Part shown: positions 61,351 to 64,000 of the stretch, piece by piece
Layout: each line of letters starts with the position of its first letter
Position numbering within the stretch: position 1 is the stretch's first letter
NCBI GenBank assembly: GCA_963836755.1
Contig: CAWIKF010000002.1
Span: 800,001-864,000 of the forward strand
Source: an uncultured Verrucomicrobiae bacterium
Lineage (GTDB): Bacteria > Verrucomicrobiota > Verrucomicrobiia > Chthoniobacterales > Chthoniobacteraceae
Direction of reading: 5' to 3'
Length of the DNA: 64,000 nucleotides
Notes under the pieces: generated by a model
What the model was told of the DNA's origin: nothing
Seen by the model: only the letters and a program-made list of their open reading frames with translations
Database searches by the model: none
Position numbers and translations under genes: made by a program

Positions 61351-61917
61351 TTACGGCAGCCGATGAAAAGTCGCCATGATCTTCCGCGCGATCTGCATCT
61401 GCGCGGCCACGTCGTATTCCGCCGGACGATTCGCGGGATCAAACACGCCCACGTTCACCGCGTGATGCACGAAGTCGAAATGCAGCTGCCCGCCCGCATC
61501 TTTCCACGTGTAAATCACGTGCAGGTGCGAGTGCCCCGCGCTCCCTTCCTCGAACCGCGCGCGCGTAAACGTCACCCCGTTCGCCGTGAAATCGCTGAGC
61601 GCGGTCGCGTATTGCATCACGTCGTAAGCGCCGGGCACGATGGCCAGCTCCTTTGACTCGAGATTCGTCCCCGCAGGCACCGCGAAGCCCGCGAAAACCT
61701 TCGAGCCCGCCGGATACGCACCCGCATTGCCAGCGTGCAAATGCGCGGGCAGGCAAAGGCTGAACTTGTGCACCTGATCCACATAATGCGCGGGAAAATT
61801 CGCTGGGCACTTTGACGCGGGCCGATGTCCGGAGTTCATCGCGCAGCCCGCCAGCAACAGCGCCGCCACAGCGACTAGCGACGCACGAGAGAAATCGAAA
61901 CGGGGGAACATTTTCAT
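61351..61917 (-). CDS. Hypothetical lipoprotein
   Basis: Lipobox LLAGC. Confidence 0.65.
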   Translation of the reverse strand: MKMFPRFDFSRASLVAVAALLLAGCAMNSGHRPASKCPANFPAHYVDQVHKFSLCLPAHLHAGNAGAYPAGSKVFAGFAVPAGTNLESKELAIVPGAYDVMQYATALSDFTANGVTFTRARFEEGSAGHSHLHVIYTWKDAGGQLHFDFVHHAVNVGVFDPANRPAEYDVAAQMQIARKIMATFHRLP

Positions 61918-62123
61918 CCCTCCATTGAATGCCGTGAAAACCCAACTGGCGATGCCAAAGCCGTCGCCCACGCGGTTCTGTCACACCGGCAGCAACATTG
62001 GGTTTCGTCGGCTGGATTTTAGCAAACCGGGCCACTTTTTAGCGTCTACGCGTCAAAGTTTAGGCCGCGGGCAAAACTTCCGCCTACGCAGCGAAGCTCA
62101 CGCTGCGCGGCTTCAGCCACGCC

Positions 62124-62354
62124 GTGCTCGATGCCCACGTCACCGATCTCGACAACCTCACCCAGCCCGACCTCGGCGAACCCGCCGCCCCCGCCGCTCC
62201 CGAGACCCCACCCGCCGCCGACGAAAACCTAAGCGACCTGCAAGCAGTGATGGCGACCTACAACGCGCTGAAGGCTTGGATGAAAGAATTCAAAGCCGTC
62301 GCCAAAGTAGTCCTGCGCCAGCGGGATGACTTGCTGCGGGAGTTGCATTTGTAA
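62124..62354 (+). other. Short ORF, probably a gene fragment
   Basis: Protein-like helical end YNALKAWMKEFKAVAKVVL; no convincing start or RBS. Confidence 0.35.
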
Positions 62355-62543
62355 AGCGAAGGCTAGCAATGAGTCTTGAGCACGTTTGCCTGCGACCTCA
62401 TAAGGGTCGCAAAGGTGCCGATCTGCTTTGATCCAGGCAAAATCGACATTGAAGGCAGCCATTTCTGCGCCTTGTGGCGATCAAGCACGACAGCCGCCGC
62501 CCGTATCACTGGCGTCACCGACTTTCCAAATAGAATACTAACC

Positions 62544-62984
62544 ATGAAGCAGCGCGTTTTGTTCATTTGCACGGGGAATTACTACCGGAGCCGGTTTGCG
62601 GAGGCGGTGTTCAATCATCATGCGGAGAGGCATGGGCTGCCGTGGGTGGCGTTCTCGCGGGGGCTGGCGATTCATCTGGTGCCGCTGGAGTTGCATCTCT
62701 CGCCGCAGACGGAGGAGGGGTTGATGGCGCGCGCGATTCCGCTGCGGCATACGGAGGCGCCGCGGGCGCAGTTGTGCGAGGAGGATTTGCTGGGGGCGGG
62801 GATGATCGTGGCGCTGCAGGATGAGGAGCATCGGCCGATGTTGCGGGTGCTGTTTCCGCATTGGGAGGAGAGGACGCTTTTCTGGGATGTGGCGGATCAG
62901 CCGCATGTGATGTCGGATGTGGCGCTGCCGGCGATCGAGGCGCGGGTGCTGGAGTTGATCGCGGAGATCCGGGGCGAAAGTTGA
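62544..62984 (+). CDS. Low-molecular-weight phosphatase family protein
   Basis: VLFICTGNYYRSRFAE P-loop. Confidence 0.85.
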   Translation: MKQRVLFICTGNYYRSRFAEAVFNHHAERHGLPWVAFSRGLAIHLVPLELHLSPQTEEGLMARAIPLRHTEAPRAQLCEEDLLGAGMIVALQDEEHRPMLRVLFPHWEERTLFWDVADQPHVMSDVALPAIEARVLELIAEIRGES

Positions 62985-63021
62985 TCGCCGCGCCCAGGCG
63001 CTAGATGACAGGGGCGGCTGG

Positions 63022-64000
63022 CTATTTTTTCCAGACGTCGCCAACGCCTTCGCCGAACCAGCGGGTGGTGACGACTTTTTGCTGGGTGTAGAATTGCACG
63101 CCTTCGCGGCCTTGGATGTGGAGGTCGCCGTAGAAACTTTCGTCCCAGCCGGTGAAGGGGAACATCGCCATCGTCGCGGGGACGCCGACGTTGATGCCGA
63201 CCATGCCGGCTTTGACGCGGTGCTTGAATTCGCGCGCGGCTTTGCCGGAGTTGGTGAAAATGGCGGCGCCGTTGCCGTAGGCGGATTGATTGGCGAGTGC
63301 GATGGCGTGGTCGAGGTCGTCCATGCGCATGACGTTGAGGACGGGGCCGAAGACTTCTTCGCGGGCGATTTCCATCTCGCTGGCGACTTGATCGACGATG
63401 GTCGCGCCGAGGTAGAAGCCGTTGGGTGCGTCGGAGACTTTGACGCCACGGCCATCGGCGATGATTTTTGCGCCTTCGCGTTCACCGTTCGCGACGAGGC
63501 TCATGACGCGATCGCGGTGCTGCGCGGTAATGACGGGGCCCATGTCGGGCTGCGCGGCGATGTCGGTCGGGCCGACTTTGATTGCGCGCGCGGCAGCGAC
63601 GAGGTCGGGCAAAATGTGATCGGCAGCGGAGCCGACGGTGATCGCGGTGGAGCCGGCCATGCAACGTTCGCCGGCGCAGCCAAAGGCGGCGGTGGAGAGC
63701 GCTTCGACCGTGCGCGTTACGTCGGCGTCGGGCATGACGACGATGTAGTTTTTCGCGCCGCCATTGGCCTGCACGCGTTTGCCGTGCCGCGTTCCTGTTT
63801 CAAAAATGTGCTTCGCGACTGGGCGATGAACCGACGAAGGAAATGGCGCGCACTTTCGGATGCGTGAGTAGCGCATCCACGCAATCGCGCCCGCCATGCA
63901 CGACGTTCAGCACGCCCTTCGGCAGACCGGCTTTTTCGAGCAGTTCGATAAGCAGAACGACGGTCAGCGGAACTTTTTCGCTCGGTTTCAACACGAACGT
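63022..64000 (-). CDS. mmsA: CoA-acylating methylmalonate-semialdehyde dehydrogenase, partial, frameshifted near 63830
   Basis: [52 protein letters not shown]. Confidence 0.9.

Noticed and set aside
34711..63867. Many long antisense or alternate-frame ORFs (e.g. 34711..35799, 46150..47253, 53794..54849, 62538..63485)
   Set aside because: Shadow ORFs of high-GC genes that overlap confidently assigned CDSs and carry no motifs.

Overview
Bacterial window with a high-GC backbone; the gene content suggests a Verrucomicrobiota-type host (inference only). Bases 1-1762 hold a frameshifted RND efflux gene and tRNA-Ala(GGC). A ~32.7 kb lower-GC island follows, bounded by a direct repeat of the tRNA 3' end (CTAGGCTCCA at 1753-1762 and 34482-34491). 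Its large serine recombinase reads through attL and stops inside the tRNA, so excision would give the enzyme a different, longer C-terminus. Island cargo: (1) a GHKL/MORC-histidine kinase + receiver + unknown ORF cluster beside Vsr and Dcm with no recognisable REase; (2) a XamI-like RM pair followed by an OLD-type ATPase-TOPRIM and a Type III Res C-terminal remnant; (3) a tyrosine recombinase/rep/ArdC sub-module with DnaA boxes, iteron-like repeats and several long structured non-coding blocks; (4) a small tandem-repeat peptide, a glycosyltransferase, a deacetylase-like gene and two methyltransferases; (5) two coupling-protein-like ATPases, a Replic_Relax protein, a primase and a DUF1778/GNAT toxin-antitoxin pair. 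From 34.5 kb onward the genes are housekeeping (pfkB-family, ilvH, typA, gatCA, pyrD, mnmE, hisC, rpsP, ffh, purB, pdxH, pilT-family, NCS1, prpBCD, mmsA), with a small mosaic of gene scraps at 56.5-57.8 kb. Frameshifts in several genes, including gatC, suggest sequencing indels. All calls come from reading motifs by eye; no searches were run.
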